Positions 63,643 through 64,000 of a stretch of DNA of 64,000 nt are shown piece after piece. Made by a program: the position numbers and the translations under genes. This stretch comes from Octopus sinensis. Taxonomy: Eukaryota. Location of the stretch: contig NC_042997.1 of NCBI RefSeq assembly GCF_006345805.1, positions 39,742,001-39,806,000 on the forward strand, given 5' to 3'. The notes beneath the pieces are model-generated. The model was given only the letters and a program-made list of their open reading frames with translations, made no database searches and was not told the origin of the DNA. How positions within the stretch are numbered: position 1 is the stretch's first letter; every line of letters starts with the position of its first letter.

Positions 63643-64000
63643 GGCGCAGGAGTGGCTGTGTGGTAAGTAGCTTGCTAATCAACCACATGGTTCCGGGTTC
63701 AGTCCCACTGCGTGGCATCTTGGGCAAGTGTCTTCTGCTATAACCTCGGGCCAACCAAAGCCTTGTGAGTGGATTTTGTAGACGGAAACTGAAAGAAGCC
63801 TGTTGTATATATGTATATATATATGTGTGTGTATGTGTTTGTGTGTCTGTGTTTGTCCCCCTAGCGTTGCTTGACAACCGATGCTGGTGTGTTTACGTCC
63901 CCGTCACTTAGCGGTTCGGTAAAAGAGACCGATAGAATAAGTACTGGGCTTACAAAGAATAAGTCCTGGGGGTCGATTTGCTCGACTAAAGGCGGTGCTC
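63643..64000 (+). mobile_element. SINE family C, running off the window end
   Basis: GGCGCAGGAGTGGCTGTGTGGTAAG...GGTTCAGTCCC head. Confidence 0.9.

Overview
AT-rich eukaryotic (animal) genomic DNA dominated by repeats and microsatellites, with one 100-N assembly gap. The repeat families and (TA)n/(TATG)n/(TATC)n arrays look like an octopus/cephalopod genome (inference from recall, not a database result). It is not prokaryotic, and I found no operon, CRISPR array or rRNA. Nearly all six-frame ORFs are microsatellite or transposon artefacts. Contents: about 25 5'-truncated 3' ends of one RTE-clade LINE with a ~60-bp hairpin VNTR and (GAT)n tail; several tRNA-derived SINE families; a young L1/Tx1 fragment sitting inside a (TATC)n array; and remnants of RLE-type, CR1-type, pogo, mariner (DD34D), maT (DD37D), Tc1, hAT, piggyBac-type MITE and Penelope-like elements. 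The best host-gene evidence is an ATG-initiated, donor-terminated exon on the minus strand (30306-30053), so the window is probably the large-intron 5' part of a minus-strand gene. Most interesting signals: (1) at least four Penelope-type hammerhead ribozyme motifs, including an inverted pair; (2) all four combinations of two SINE bodies with two SINE tails; (3) a Tx1 element apparently targeted to (TATC)n; (4) the double-hairpin VNTR expanded to 14 units; (5) candidate phase-2 alternative first exons; (6) several templated duplications and hairpins.
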